IMG/VR virus record: IMGVR_UViG_3300032365_000024
Coordinates: 1-64,000 of that record
Reading direction: 5' to 3' (one strand)
DNA from: a virus
Taxonomy: Duplodnaviria > Caudoviricetes
DNA: 64,000 nt
Positions 48,684 to 58,344 of this stretch are shown here, in pieces; position 1 is the stretch's first letter, and every line of letters begins with the position of its first letter. The notes below the pieces were generated by a model. That model worked only from the letters and a program-made list of their open reading frames with translations. It was not told the DNA's origin and searched no databases. Position numbers and translations under genes: made by a program.

Positions 48684-48757
48684 GGTATACGATCTAAATA
48701 TAGTTCCATTACATCAAAATTTGGTTTATTATGAGATACCATTTTATTCCCAGCCAT
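48684..48757 (-). pseudogene. Decayed, internally deleted copy of the 5' end of the sigma4-HTH gene
   Basis: 41/45 nt identical to 48280-48324, joined to a copy of about 48474-48501; reads MVSHNKPNFDVMELYLDRIP vs MTSH..KPNFEAIEPYLDRIP. Confidence 0.8.
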
Positions 48758-48774
48758 ATTAAATGAATTCATAC

Positions 48775-49773
48775 TTAAATATCACGAAGCCAATCATCTA
48801 CAAGTATATTATTGCGATCAATAGCATAAGAACCTACATGAAATGGAGTAGTATCTAATGGAATATTTAAATCATTACACATATTTAAAGCATCCGCAAA
48901 ATCAGGAATTGCTGGCATCAAACATGATTTAATGTCTACATTATTTTTTAACTCAATAAGTTCCCAATTAAGATTAATTCTATTTCGAAGAGAGATTAAT
49001 TTAGAACGTTCAGTAGCGGATAAATGTATCATACCAGTAGAAATAGCTGCATCCACATTTTCTGCATCACAAAGAGAGAAAGCTGCCTTCTTACGTAAAC
49101 GAGGAACTCCCTTAATATTATCAGAAGGATCTCCCGTAAAAGCTTTAAACATTCTAATATGTTTTGGTAGAATTTGACATCCATATTTCTTCATATAATA
49201 TTCCCCGACACGTTCCAAATCATAAAGACGAGGTGGTGGAATACCGGGTCTATAAACAACTGTTCTATTATTAACAAGTTGAAAAAAATCACTATCAGCT
49301 GATATAATAATGTGAATAGCTTCAGGATCAAGATGAATTACACTAGCAATCAAATCATCAGCTTCCTCTTCAGGATGCCAGTATATATCACATCCAAGTT
49401 TACGAAATACTGATGATATAAATAATATCTGATTAGGAAATTCAGTTCCATCAGATAATCGAACTACTTCACCTACATCAAGATCAGTCCTGTTATTTTG
49501 TTTATAATCTGGATCCATAGCGATTCGACGCATTGGTTTTCCATCAAAAAAGATAGAAATTTTTGTAAGATTCAAATCATGTAACCATGATGAAAGTAAA
49601 TTAAGAGTTCCATATATTAATCCAATTGGCATACCATATCGATTCACAATAGGTTTTTCACCACATTTTAAACGATTTTCCACAAATACATAATAAGCCC
49701 TACGTAAAAGATTATTTCCGTCTACAAGAACATGACGTCTAGTTTCATTTCCACCTACATGTCTCATGATCAT
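48775..49773 (-). CDS. 5'-3' exonuclease / flap endonuclease (Pol I N-terminal or T4 RNase H type)
   Basis: LVDGNNLLRRAY; FFDG; YKQNR; EEEADDLIAS; IISADSDFFQL; GDPSDNIKGV. Confidence 0.92.
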   Translation of the reverse strand: MIMRHVGGNETRRHVLVDGNNLLRRAYYVFVENRLKCGEKPIVNRYGMPIGLIYGTLNLLSSWLHDLNLTKISIFFDGKPMRRIAMDPDYKQNNRTDLDVGEVVRLSDGTEFPNQILFISSVFRKLGCDIYWHPEEEADDLIASVIHLDPEAIHIIISADSDFFQLVNNRTVVYRPGIPPPRLYDLERVGEYYMKKYGCQILPKHIRMFKAFTGDPSDNIKGVPRLRKKAAFSLCDAENVDAAISTGMIHLSATERSKLISLRNRINLNWELIELKNNVDIKSCLMPAIPDFADALNMCNDLNIPLDTTPFHVGSYAIDRNNILVDDWLRDI

Positions 49774-49838
49774 GCCATATGTAAATTTTCTAAATTACTT
49801 CAATTTAATCCTACATTAACTAAAATTAAATTTTTCAA

Positions 49839-50516
49839 TCACTTGGGTTTTAACTTTTCTAGATATGACGCTGGAAATTCAACAATTAATGGCTTTGATG
49901 CAAGTTTAATATTAACTAAAATAGCTTCTCCGTCAATACGCACTAAACTTACTGTACCTCTTAAGTTTTTATATTGACCTTTAATAACTCGAACTTGATC
50001 ATCAACATCAATCGGTCGTGTTTTCATAACCTTCATGCCAACACGCATTGGACTTAGAGCTTCATCATCAAGTAAACTATATTGGATACCTCCTTTTCGT
50101 CCATAATTACAAATTACATTTTTAAAATAAGGAATATCTTGTAATTTCATAAAGTTTATACCATCACGATATTCAATAAAAATATATCCTTCCATATAAA
50201 ATGAAGTATGAGATTCAGTACGTGCCTCTTCAGAAACTGCAGGAATAAATACTTCCACTGGTTTCCCTAGAAACCTCTGAATAACTTGTATCAATTGCTG
50301 TGGATTTTTCTCTCGTTCCCCAAGAGGAGAAAGTTGAACCACTACCCACTTCAATGGTGATGCAGACGGAGGTAAACAAGATTTTTTCTTTGAACTAGAC
50401 TGATCAACTTTTTGCTTTGATTCTATCGAGAAGGGCACGGCAAAACTCCTTCGGCGGCATCGGAACCAGCCTTTGATCAAACGATACTTCTGATTCAATC
50501 TTAGGTTGAATTTCAA
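49839..50516 (-). CDS. nusG: NusG-family transcription elongation factor (true start probably near 50354-50400)
   Basis: NGN pattern KWVVVQ..VEVFIP..MEGYIFIE..V..VI; KOW motif DDQVRVIKGQYKNLRGTV..VNI..VEF. Confidence 0.8.
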   Translation of the reverse strand: MKFNLRLNQKYRLIKGWFRCRRRSFAVPFSIESKQKVDQSSSKKKSCLPPSASPLKWVVVQLSPLGEREKNPQQLIQVIQRFLGKPVEVFIPAVSEEARTESHTSFYMEGYIFIEYRDGINFMKLQDIPYFKNVICNYGRKGGIQYSLLDDEALSPMRVGMKVMKTRPIDVDDQVRVIKGQYKNLRGTVSLVRIDGEAILVNIKLASKPLIVEFPASYLEKLKPK

Positions 50517-51804
50517 ATGAAGGAGCTGAATTATGTATTTTTTTATCTAGAGATGTAAGGAATTCATCTTGAGTAAATTTAACTCCATCATGTTCAACAA
50601 TTTTACTAACAGTCTTTTTCGGCCCCTCGGAACCTTTCGGAAATTCTTTCTTCACAGGAAGTGATTCATGGACAATTGTAGGTGATAAAGACGAAAGCGG
50701 TGGCATCGTGGACAAAGAAGATGGTTCTATTTTTGTAGATGATAATTGAGAACTCATTTGAGTCATTATATTATCATCCAAAGTCTTTCCCATAGGTTCA
50801 AATAAAGCAACTTCTATAGCCGCAGTATCTGGTCGATCAATACGACTCAAAGAGGATGCTAAATTAACCCAAGCACGACCACGTATTGGAAAAAAATTGG
50901 TTGGAACTGGATATGTAGATTTAGCACCTACAGAACTACGAATAGCACTAGATATAGCTGATATTATGGAATCACGAACCCAAACAGGACTCTCACGAGC
51001 GAATATATGATCTAATATTTGAAAAGCTGAAGATGGCTCAACATCAATCAATGACAAAACCTTACATACATCTTCCATAGAGTCAAACCGATAAATTTCA
51101 CGAATAAGTGCTTCCGTTACCTTTCCCATCCCGGAAACAGTTTCTAAAGATGTAATACTTGTACGCGGATTTTGTTTATTGACTTGTACTAATAATTCAA
51201 GAGCTTCTACATCATATTTTATTTCTTCATTTTTACATATTTCATAAAGATGATCAACAAGCACATTATTCGACGGTGGAGAAACCGAATATTCTTCTAC
51301 TCTATCTCGAATAGCACCTTTAATTAAATGAGGTTCAGTCGTACATAATATAACAACAACAAGTCTATCCTCCATCGGCTTAAGTAATGCATCTTGTGAA
51401 GGTTTCGAAAGACGATGAGCTTCATCAAGAACAATAACGCGTGGACGATTATCAATTGTACCAAAATCAAGATCTTGAACAATGGATCGAATTCGATCTA
51501 CAGTTCCTTGTGTTGCAGCATCAAATTCATCAAAGCTTTCAGATGAACCATCTTCAATAGAACGACAAATTGAACACTCACAACATGGCTCACCATTTTC
51601 AGAATTTGAACAAGCTATAGCTTTACCGACTATTCGAGCAAGGGAAGTTTTACCACATCCTTTTGGGCCATAAAACATCATGGAACGACCAGATAATGTT
51701 CCATTTTTAGAACGAATTGTTAATAATTTAACGATGCCCTCGTTACCGAGAACATCTTTAAAATAACGTGGTCTATATTTTATATCCAAAGATTGTGAGG
51801 ACAT
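50404..51804 (-). CDS. dnaX: DNA polymerase III clamp-loader subunit gamma/tau-like
   Basis: KYRP..DVLGN; Walker A GPKGCGKTSLARI; zinc module C..PCCEC..C; DAA; LDEAH.LS..SQDALLK. Confidence 0.9.
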   Translation of the reverse strand: MSSQSLDIKYRPRYFKDVLGNEGIVKLLTIRSKNGTLSGRSMMFYGPKGCGKTSLARIVGKAIACSNSENGEPCCECSICRSIEDGSSESFDEFDAATQGTVDRIRSIVQDLDFGTIDNRPRVIVLDEAHRLSKPSQDALLKPMEDRLVVVILCTTEPHLIKGAIRDRVEEYSVSPPSNNVLVDHLYEICKNEEIKYDVEALELLVQVNKQNPRTSITSLETVSGMGKVTEALIREIYRFDSMEDVCKVLSLIDVEPSSAFQILDHIFARESPVWVRDSIISAISSAIRSSVGAKSTYPVPTNFFPIRGRAWVNLASSLSRIDRPDTAAIEVALFEPMGKTLDDNIMTQMSSQLSSTKIEPSSLSTMPPLSSLSPTIVHESLPVKKEFPKGSEGPKKTVSKIVEHDGVKFTQDEFLTSLDKKIHNSAPSFEIQPKIESEVSFDQRLVPMPPKEFCRALLDRIKAKS

Positions 51805-51876
51805 TTATACCTCAATCAATTCGAATCTATAATTCGAATAAAATTACATCCGACAATCTAAGATTTGAATTATAAT

Positions 51877-52383
51877 TCAAATTTTACTTGGATCTTTTTC
51901 TAATTGATCAACAAATTCTTGAAGAGAACCATTCCATTTACCATGACGTTGTACAACTTCAGCAAATTCTTGAACATCAAATGGCCGTATTGAATATTTC
52001 ATTGATCCATCTTCTTCAACTTCTTCACCATAACATCTGGTCAATAAATGATCAATAAGTGCTACACGTTGTGATGGTTGAAAATCGTTCCATGCATCAA
52101 GTGCGATAATCACAATAAAATCAGGTTCTTCATGATCATTACGAAATTGAGAAATAATATGACGTTCAAATGGTGATGCTTTTTTGACAATACCAGAAAC
52201 TTTTTTACTACCTTGTTTCTGAGCTTTATTACGTAAAAAGAATTCAAATTTTGCTGAAATTAAATGCGGATGATGCTTCGGAATAAGTCTTCCAGCAATT
52301 TCAACCCCAGCATCAAATCCACCAAAAAGAATTGGTTCTGGTGTAGATGGCTTTAGTTTATGCGCTTTGTTCTCTGTAATCAT
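51877..52383 (-). CDS. Putative phage metallopeptidase-family protein with degenerate HExxH
   Basis: PDFIVII..W..QRVALIDHLLTRC..HDV-like FDVQEF..VV.RHG.W layout; HELxH replaced by HLLTR. Confidence 0.55.
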   Translation of the reverse strand: MITENKAHKLKPSTPEPILFGGFDAGVEIAGRLIPKHHPHLISAKFEFFLRNKAQKQGSKKVSGIVKKASPFERHIISQFRNDHEEPDFIVIIALDAWNDFQPSQRVALIDHLLTRCYGEEVEEDGSMKYSIRPFDVQEFAEVVQRHGKWNGSLQEFVDQLEKDPSKI

Positions 52384-53174
52384 ATTCTTAGTTCCTTCTT
52401 AAAGTATTGAGAAAAACGATTATCACCTACACATTGCCAATAGTCACCAATATCCTTATCACCTTCATTGATACATGGATACATTACATTCACTATATCA
52501 AATTCCGATAATGTTCTTTTCACAAAATCATAACGACCATCACGTCCTGCTTTATCTCTGTCAGTGCATATGTATATACGATGCACAAACCTGCGTAAAA
52601 ATCGCATCTGCATCGGATTCACAATATTTGTTGTAAGTGCTAAAACAGTAGGCATGACTAAACGTTCAAATATTAAATGATCAAATGGTCCTTCAACAAG
52701 AGCAACTTCACGTCGATGCCAAATTTCATCAATATTAGCTGCAATTCCGAAGAAATATCCTTCAGGACGTCTAGACACGACAAAAGTATCATAAGATTTA
52801 TTTTGTATAGATCTAACTTGAAATCCAACAGTCATACCGGAATAACTAGTTAGTGGTAACACAATACATCCGACAATACGCCGACCAACATGCTGTTCCC
52901 TAAGAGTCCCTTCTTCACCCTCCCATATCGATGACCAACGCCGATATCGACATATATCACACCATTGACTCCGTTTTTGACGATCAGAACAAGCTTCCGA
53001 ATGTCCCATTGAAATTGATGGATCAATTTCAAAATCACTACTAACGTATCCAATACGATGGCGTTTCCATTGTTCAGCAGATGTGCCACGAGATTGTAAA
53101 TATGATTGTGCTTCTTCACTTTCATTAAGAGCATTGTGAGCCCAGTCAATAAATGAATCTGGAAAATTCATCAA
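52380..53174 (-). CDS. dnaG: DnaG-type primase catalytic core (TOPRIM) without N-terminal zinc-binding domain
   Basis: A.SYL.SRG..IGY; LPL..SG..VGFQ.R; LVEGPFD; CTDRDKAG; KDIGD. Confidence 0.8.
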   Translation of the reverse strand: MMNFPDSFIDWAHNALNESEEAQSYLQSRGTSAEQWKRHRIGYVSSDFEIDPSISMGHSEACSDRQKRSQWCDICRYRRWSSIWEGEEGTLREQHVGRRIVGCIVLPLTSYSGMTVGFQVRSIQNKSYDTFVVSRRPEGYFFGIAANIDEIWHRREVALVEGPFDHLIFERLVMPTVLALTTNIVNPMQMRFLRRFVHRIYICTDRDKAGRDGRYDFVKRTLSEFDIVNVMYPCINEGDKDIGDYWQCVGDNRFSQYFKKELRI

Positions 53175-53809
53175 TTTTTCTCAGGACAAATACAAAAAGC
53201 CATACCATATCGAACATTATGCAAAAGAATACTAGTTTTACCACCAACAATTTGTGTATACATACCAACGAAATCAGGACGGGATAAAAATACTGGAATT
53301 GAAACTCGACAACTGATTATTTTACATATACGACAATAAATAATAGCAGTTGTTTTTGCTTTCGATTCTTTTACAGATTCATCAAGGGATACTTCAGCTA
53401 TATTATTTCGTCCGATCCATCGTATCAATTTTGTACGAGACCACGACTCAGGAATTAAAACAATATGAGGTTGAACTTCGTTACTATGTTTCTGAATATA
53501 ATTAAATGCTTCTTTTGGTTTCGTAAATATATTATTCCATTTTTCTGCAGTTGATAACTCAAATGCCGCATTGAACATCGGCATTATAATTTCGTCTAAA
53601 CGATCAGAATCATGAGAAAAAACTCCTGATCGAATACGACCATCACCAGTCATTTTTCGACTAACTAAAAATCTTCCGCTCTGAGTAGAACTCACTAACG
53701 CAGGTAAAAAATTAGCTCTTGCAGGAGTTTCTATCCACCATATAGGAGTGTCCTTAACAATTCCTCTTGATTTATGCAAATCATGATCAAGAATCTTCAG
53801 AAGGATCAT
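53171..53809 (-). CDS. Hypothetical protein
   Basis: 212 aa, overlapping neighbours in the operon. Confidence 0.5.
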   Translation of the reverse strand: MILLKILDHDLHKSRGIVKDTPIWWIETPARANFLPALVSSTQSGRFLVSRKMTGDGRIRSGVFSHDSDRLDEIIMPMFNAAFELSTAEKWNNIFTKPKEAFNYIQKHSNEVQPHIVLIPESWSRTKLIRWIGRNNIAEVSLDESVKESKAKTTAIIYCRICKIISCRVSIPVFLSRPDFVGMYTQIVGGKTSILLHNVRYGMAFCICPEKN

Positions 53810-54380
53810 TCCAAATATCCTCTGGTAAATCTGCTGGAGGTAGAGCTTTCACCACTTCTTGACGTGATGTAAATATTCTAGATAACCACAATAAAAATCG
53901 TTCCCATATTGTAAGTGGAATAATAGATACTCTTGTCCCAAGTACCCATTGAAGCATAGCAAGATCTGCCATATTGGTAAGAACAAATGCATCATCAGCC
54001 ATCGCTTCGTTAAATTTAGTGATAGCTGATTCTTCAGTCACTTTAGGAGAAAAATGCGGGCATACCTTAGCTGTTTCATTACTCATACAAATATCACCTG
54101 ACCATGTATTTAATTTCTCAGAACCATATACACATAAATGAACATCATCAGAATCATCTTGAAATACTACAAGAGTTATTTGTTTATGTGGAACTAATTC
54201 AGCTCCAAATTCTGATGTATAAATACCAGGTTTTTGAGAAATAGGTGATGAAGTATGTTTATAATTATATTTACAATTAAGATAACATCTTCCTCGAATA
54301 TCTTGTAAATATTGTCGCAAATACCTATAACGTAATTTACGAAGACGAGTTTCTATTTCTTTTTCTGATTTCACAGGCAC
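53787..54380 (-). CDS. Hypothetical Cys-rich protein
   Basis: 197 aa; CxxxC..C..C..C pattern. Confidence 0.5.
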   Translation of the reverse strand: MPVKSEKEIETRLRKLRYRYLRQYLQDIRGRCYLNCKYNYKHTSSPISQKPGIYTSEFGAELVPHKQITLVVFQDDSDDVHLCVYGSEKLNTWSGDICMSNETAKVCPHFSPKVTEESAITKFNEAMADDAFVLTNMADLAMLQWVLGTRVSIIPLTIWERFLLWLSRIFTSRQEVVKALPPADLPEDIWNDPSEDS

Positions 54381-55018
54381 TCAGTCCTAATCTTTCGAAG
54401 TTTGAGACAACCGTCCTTATGCCCTTCGTAAGCCGTATGAGCATGAGTAATAAATTCCGAATTATGAGTCACCATCAGAATATTTACGCCCGTACGCTCG
54501 GCTAATTTACGCATAAACATCGCAGCCCCAGGGACATATGCATTAGATACGAAATGCATTGATTCATCCAACAAAAGCAAATTTCCCATACCCATACGAG
54601 CCATGACTGCAAGACGAAGAACTAATGAAATTACTGCTGCAGCACCTCCACCATAAGAATTTATAGGATCACCTTCAACAATACCTCTTGGACTTTCTTC
54701 TTCCAAGACAAATCGGATGGCAACTCGATTATATTTTGGTTCCTGTTTAACACGAAATGTTAACTGTTGATCATGAATAGTGTGACGTAATGCTGTAGTA
54801 GCGAGATCCGCCATTGCATCGGTATTTTTCTCAAGTGAATCATCAAGCCACTTCTTAAAAATTTCAGAACATTTTTGATGAAGATCTACTTGATAACAGG
54901 CATCCTCTTTATCTTTTTCAAGTGAAGCTATTCGACGTTTTAAAACATCACAATATGTTTGTAAACGCGTAAAATTAAGTGTAAATCTTTTTTGTTTTTC
55001 GATTAACTCAGTATCCAT
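54371..55018 (-). CDS. sbcC: C-terminal half of an SbcC/Rad50-type ATPase (215 aa; start moved to ATG 55018)
   Basis: Short coiled coil; signature-like SYGGG; Walker B LLLLDES; H-loop ILMVTH; no Walker A; TAATG overlap with upstream gene. Confidence 0.8.
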   Translation of the reverse strand: MDTELIEKQKRFTLNFTRLQTYCDVLKRRIASLEKDKEDACYQVDLHQKCSEIFKKWLDDSLEKNTDAMADLATTALRHTIHDQQLTFRVKQEPKYNRVAIRFVLEEESPRGIVEGDPINSYGGGAAAVISLVLRLAVMARMGMGNLLLLDESMHFVSNAYVPGAAMFMRKLAERTGVNILMVTHNSEFITHAHTAYEGHKDGCLKLRKIRTECL

Positions 55019-56154
55019 TAATGAGTCCTCATACACTGCAAAAAATGACGCGCTGAAACAATTGATGGTTGTATTGAAGTCATTTCTAATAGTGTCGGAA
55101 TTTTCGGATGCGAATATCGCAAAAGAATGATGTCATCATCAACAGCTGATATAATACTAAATAATGTAGGAACATGAAAATCAGAACGTAGTTCTTTTCC
55201 TTTACGAAATTTTACTTGAATCGATGCCATTTCTTGACCATTCGACGATATACTTAAAGTTCCAGAATTATTCTCACTTGAACAGACAGCAGCAATATTT
55301 ATCCTTGAAGTTCCTTCAATAGCTGTCTTAGTCCACGATAAACTACTAACTAGTTTAGTTCTTTCTACTTCAAATTCAACTAAATAGTCATTTTCAGACA
55401 CAAGAAACAGTGGTGGTTTTGCAGTTACTACACGACTAAGTATTAAATATGAACCAGTATCTGGATCAGAAAGAAATAAATGAGATGCATTTTGTCCTAT
55501 ATTTATTTGTTCACTCTTAATTTTCATGCAAAAAGTACGAATCATAGGAATATCAGCTGATACGATCGATAAATCAAGATTAAGTCCCGATAAAAATGCA
55601 GCTGATGCATATGTACGAGCATTTGATGTCACACACTCTTTTTCTGGATAAAAATGTATCTGATTTATTTTCATATCCTCATCAGTTTTAGTTTCTCTGA
55701 TCAAAGCGGCACAAGAGACTTTATGTAATAAGTCTTCAAATGACTTTGCTTGTGTCAATACTCCACCAGACGGTAATTCACGCGAAATTATTTTAGGTCG
55801 ACGCGAATTATCAGGTCTACGACGTATAACTGCCGATCTATTTTGACCTTCTTCTGAAGCACGAATATTTAATCCTTTATCACCGACACTAATTGACATT
55901 GAAGATAACTTCGCATCAAATAATGTCTGTCTATCAACAGATAAGAAAAACTCATCTGAAACATAATCATCTTCAGTATCGGAACTTAACGCACGAATAT
56001 CTGCACGACAAAAACGTCTTCTATCATAAGATATAACCGACAACGTTTTTCCTGCAATACGAAGTACATAATCGCCTGTCATAGGACGAATTAGTTTCAC
56101 CAAAGCGAAACCACGCCGAATATCATCTGGACAAAAAGAAAATTTAGGCATCAT
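55018..56154 (-). CDS. Probable DNA sliding clamp (beta/DnaN-like)
   Basis: 378 aa with three similar alpha/beta units (L.V.SYDR.R, F.DLL.KV..A, V.RTKLVSSL); next to dnaX and primase; weak sequence match only. Confidence 0.5.
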   Translation of the reverse strand: MMPKFSFCPDDIRRGFALVKLIRPMTGDYVLRIAGKTLSVISYDRRRFCRADIRALSSDTEDDYVSDEFFLSVDRQTLFDAKLSSMSISVGDKGLNIRASEEGQNRSAVIRRRPDNSRRPKIISRELPSGGVLTQAKSFEDLLHKVSCAALIRETKTDEDMKINQIHFYPEKECVTSNARTYASAAFLSGLNLDLSIVSADIPMIRTFCMKIKSEQINIGQNASHLFLSDPDTGSYLILSRVVTAKPPLFLVSENDYLVEFEVERTKLVSSLSWTKTAIEGTSRINIAAVCSSENNSGTLSISSNGQEMASIQVKFRKGKELRSDFHVPTLFSIISAVDDDIILLRYSHPKIPTLLEMTSIQPSIVSARHFLQCMRTH

Positions 56155-56444
56155 CCAATCTCTTTAAGCATTGGAGCTAACATCTGTTCTGCAGAAGTCA
56201 AATCTGCATCAAAAGCATCAAGTTTTAAACTAAGAACTTGTTTCTTTCTACGAACTTCTTCAACTAAAGTATCCGGATCAAATCCAGCTACACGACAAGC
56301 AGATATAGTTTCTTTAAGAATCTTCTTTCTTGAATCAAGAATGGTTTCAACTTTAGTTTTGCTTCTAATAATATCCTCCCTACGACTCGTTAAACGCTTC
56401 CAACGTTGTTCGATTTCCTCGATAGATACTTCTTGTGTTGTCAT
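56151..56444 (-). CDS. Small coiled-coil protein
   Basis: 97 aa with two heptad helices around a GFDPD turn. Confidence 0.55.
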   Translation of the reverse strand: MTTQEVSIEEIEQRWKRLTSRREDIIRSKTKVETILDSRKKILKETISACRVAGFDPDTLVEEVRRKKQVLSLKLDAFDADLTSAEQMLAPMLKEIG

Positions 56445-57316
56445 TTATTTTCTCCAGAACTTATATCTTCAAGTATGAAAATTGAATCCACGATTCGTCC
56501 ACCAGACTCAAGATGTGATAATGATAAATACTCATTACTATCTTCACATTTTAAACGATAATCACACATATTACATTCTTTAGATGGCTTAGTATGAAAA
56601 ATCTTAGATTGAATTTTCTTACATACGTCAAAAATATCATTAGTTACCTGGTGTATTATATCATTATTAAATTCAATCCATGATAATGGATCTTGTGGAA
56701 ATGCCCAAAATATAAAACCAAGACGTTGAGGCATAACATTATATTTAATATAATGTTGAATAGCATACCAGATAAGCTGATTCGAATCTACATACTTTTC
56801 ACGATATTTACTAGCTTTTCCGTCTAAAATCCAGATATTAGATCTATCCTTACCATGAATAAAATCACATCGACCTCCCATTTTTAACGTTAAATTATGC
56901 TTAGCGTGTTTAAATATGACCGTTAAATCAACTTCAGCTCTACTATATGGAGTTAAAAAACCATTTGACCTGATAATTTCAATACTATCAGGAATCATGG
57001 TACGAAGTTGTCCGGTAAGTATCGGATATACTGTGGAATCAATATTAGGATCCCATTTCTCTTTAGTGAAGACATCAGATATTGCTGCGTCAATTCGATC
57101 TATACAAATTTTTTCCGGATTCGAATTTTTCCATAACATTTCCGAATAAAACCACTCAAGTATTTTTCCAAGCGAAGATCCAAGAAAGGATGACCTAGGA
57201 TCTTTAACTACAGGTGTTTTTGATATATAACAATGTTTATATTTAGATGGACATGTTTGATACATTTTCCATCTTGAATAACTAAGATACATATCAAATT
57301 TATTAAATCCATTCAT
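56441..57316 (-). CDS. PD-(D/E)xK RecB/Cas4-like exonuclease
   Basis: LSYS..CPSKY; AEVDL; GRCDFI; ILDGKAS; QLIWY; terminal CxxCDYRxxC. Confidence 0.8.
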   Translation of the reverse strand: MNGFNKFDMYLSYSRWKMYQTCPSKYKHCYISKTPVVKDPRSSFLGSSLGKILEWFYSEMLWKNSNPEKICIDRIDAAISDVFTKEKWDPNIDSTVYPILTGQLRTMIPDSIEIIRSNGFLTPYSRAEVDLTVIFKHAKHNLTLKMGGRCDFIHGKDRSNIWILDGKASKYREKYVDSNQLIWYAIQHYIKYNVMPQRLGFIFWAFPQDPLSWIEFNNDIIHQVTNDIFDVCKKIQSKIFHTKPSKECNMCDYRLKCEDSNEYLSLSHLESGGRIVDSIFILEDISSGENK

Positions 57317-57318
57317 GA

Positions 57319-58311
57319 TTATATCTCGTGATGTTTATCTTCTTCTGCTGCTTCAAGCAAACTAAAAGCAAGTTTACGTACATCATCAGGAAAATTTGCA
57401 AGTTGTTCTTTTCGAGCATCAAGAGATGTACTTACCATAATATCTCTTTGCTGTATATACTGCGTTACAAAATCATCAATAGATGTATTAAAGGACATTA
57501 AATGACGTTTAAGTTCAAAATCAAAAATATCAGCCGCATCACGATGTGGCACGATAACTTCCTCAACATCAATTCCATTTGCAGTAATACGCATTAACGA
57601 AATTTTAGGTTTACGTTCTACATTTTCAAGAGTTAAAGCACCACGAGATATAGCGCCAAGATTAATAAATTTAATACCACAATGTTCAATAATACCCTGA
57701 TCTTTATGATAGTGTCCAAATACATATGCATCTGGACATCCATTAAATATTAAATCACGATAATCAAATATGCGTTCATGAAAAAATGACTGAATTTTTT
57801 CCTCCGGAGCCATTGCAGCAAGTGCATGAACAACAGCAATAGTAATGTTTTCATCCTTTTTCTTAACAATTTCTTGTACACCATCAATATCTAAATCTGT
57901 CATATATGGTACCCCTACAACACGAACTTTTAAAGATCCAGATTCAAATATTTCTTCAGTAATAGGATGAAATACTTCAGCTCCAAATAACACTCCAAGT
58001 GGCTGTCCAGGTATTGAATCTAAGTCATTATTAGATAAATCATGATTACCAGCTATTGTATAAGTTAGACATGGATAACGTCGATGAATACGCGACGCCA
58101 TTGCTATAGTTCTCATCGTAGTTTTGTTTGCTGCTTTAATATGAAAAAAATCGCCACCACGCAAAACAGCTGTAGCATTAAATTTACGAGCTTGTTCACC
58201 CTGCCATTCGAGCATTCCTAAAATTTCACCACGATAATCGTCTTTACGATATCCAGGAGGATGATCTGATAGGTGTTCGTCAGAAGACGTCAAAAAACGA
58301 ATATCACCCAT
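57319..58311 (-). CDS. sbcD: SbcD/Mre11-family metallophosphoesterase nuclease
   Basis: SDEH; GGDFF; AGNHD; VVH; FGHYH; NLGAISR motifs. Confidence 0.88.
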   Translation of the reverse strand: MGDIRFLTSSDEHLSDHPPGYRKDDYRGEILGMLEWQGEQARKFNATAVLRGGDFFHIKAANKTTMRTIAMASRIHRRYPCLTYTIAGNHDLSNNDLDSIPGQPLGVLFGAEVFHPITEEIFESGSLKVRVVGVPYMTDLDIDGVQEIVKKKDENITIAVVHALAAMAPEEKIQSFFHERIFDYRDLIFNGCPDAYVFGHYHKDQGIIEHCGIKFINLGAISRGALTLENVERKPKISLMRITANGIDVEEVIVPHRDAADIFDFELKRHLMSFNTSIDDFVTQYIQQRDIMVSTSLDARKEQLANFPDDVRKLAFSLLEAAEEDKHHEI

Positions 58312-58344
58312 ATTTTACGGTACACTAACGAGTATTTTTAAAAA

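Noticed and set aside
48280-48757. Near-identical repeat pair as a diversity-generating retroelement TR/VR
   Set aside because: Mismatches are not confined to adenines on one strand (g/a, t/c, g/a, t/a) and no reverse transcriptase is visible
56441-57316. Cas4-like nuclease as part of a CRISPR-Cas system
   Set aside because: No array or other cas gene in the window; context is a recombination operon
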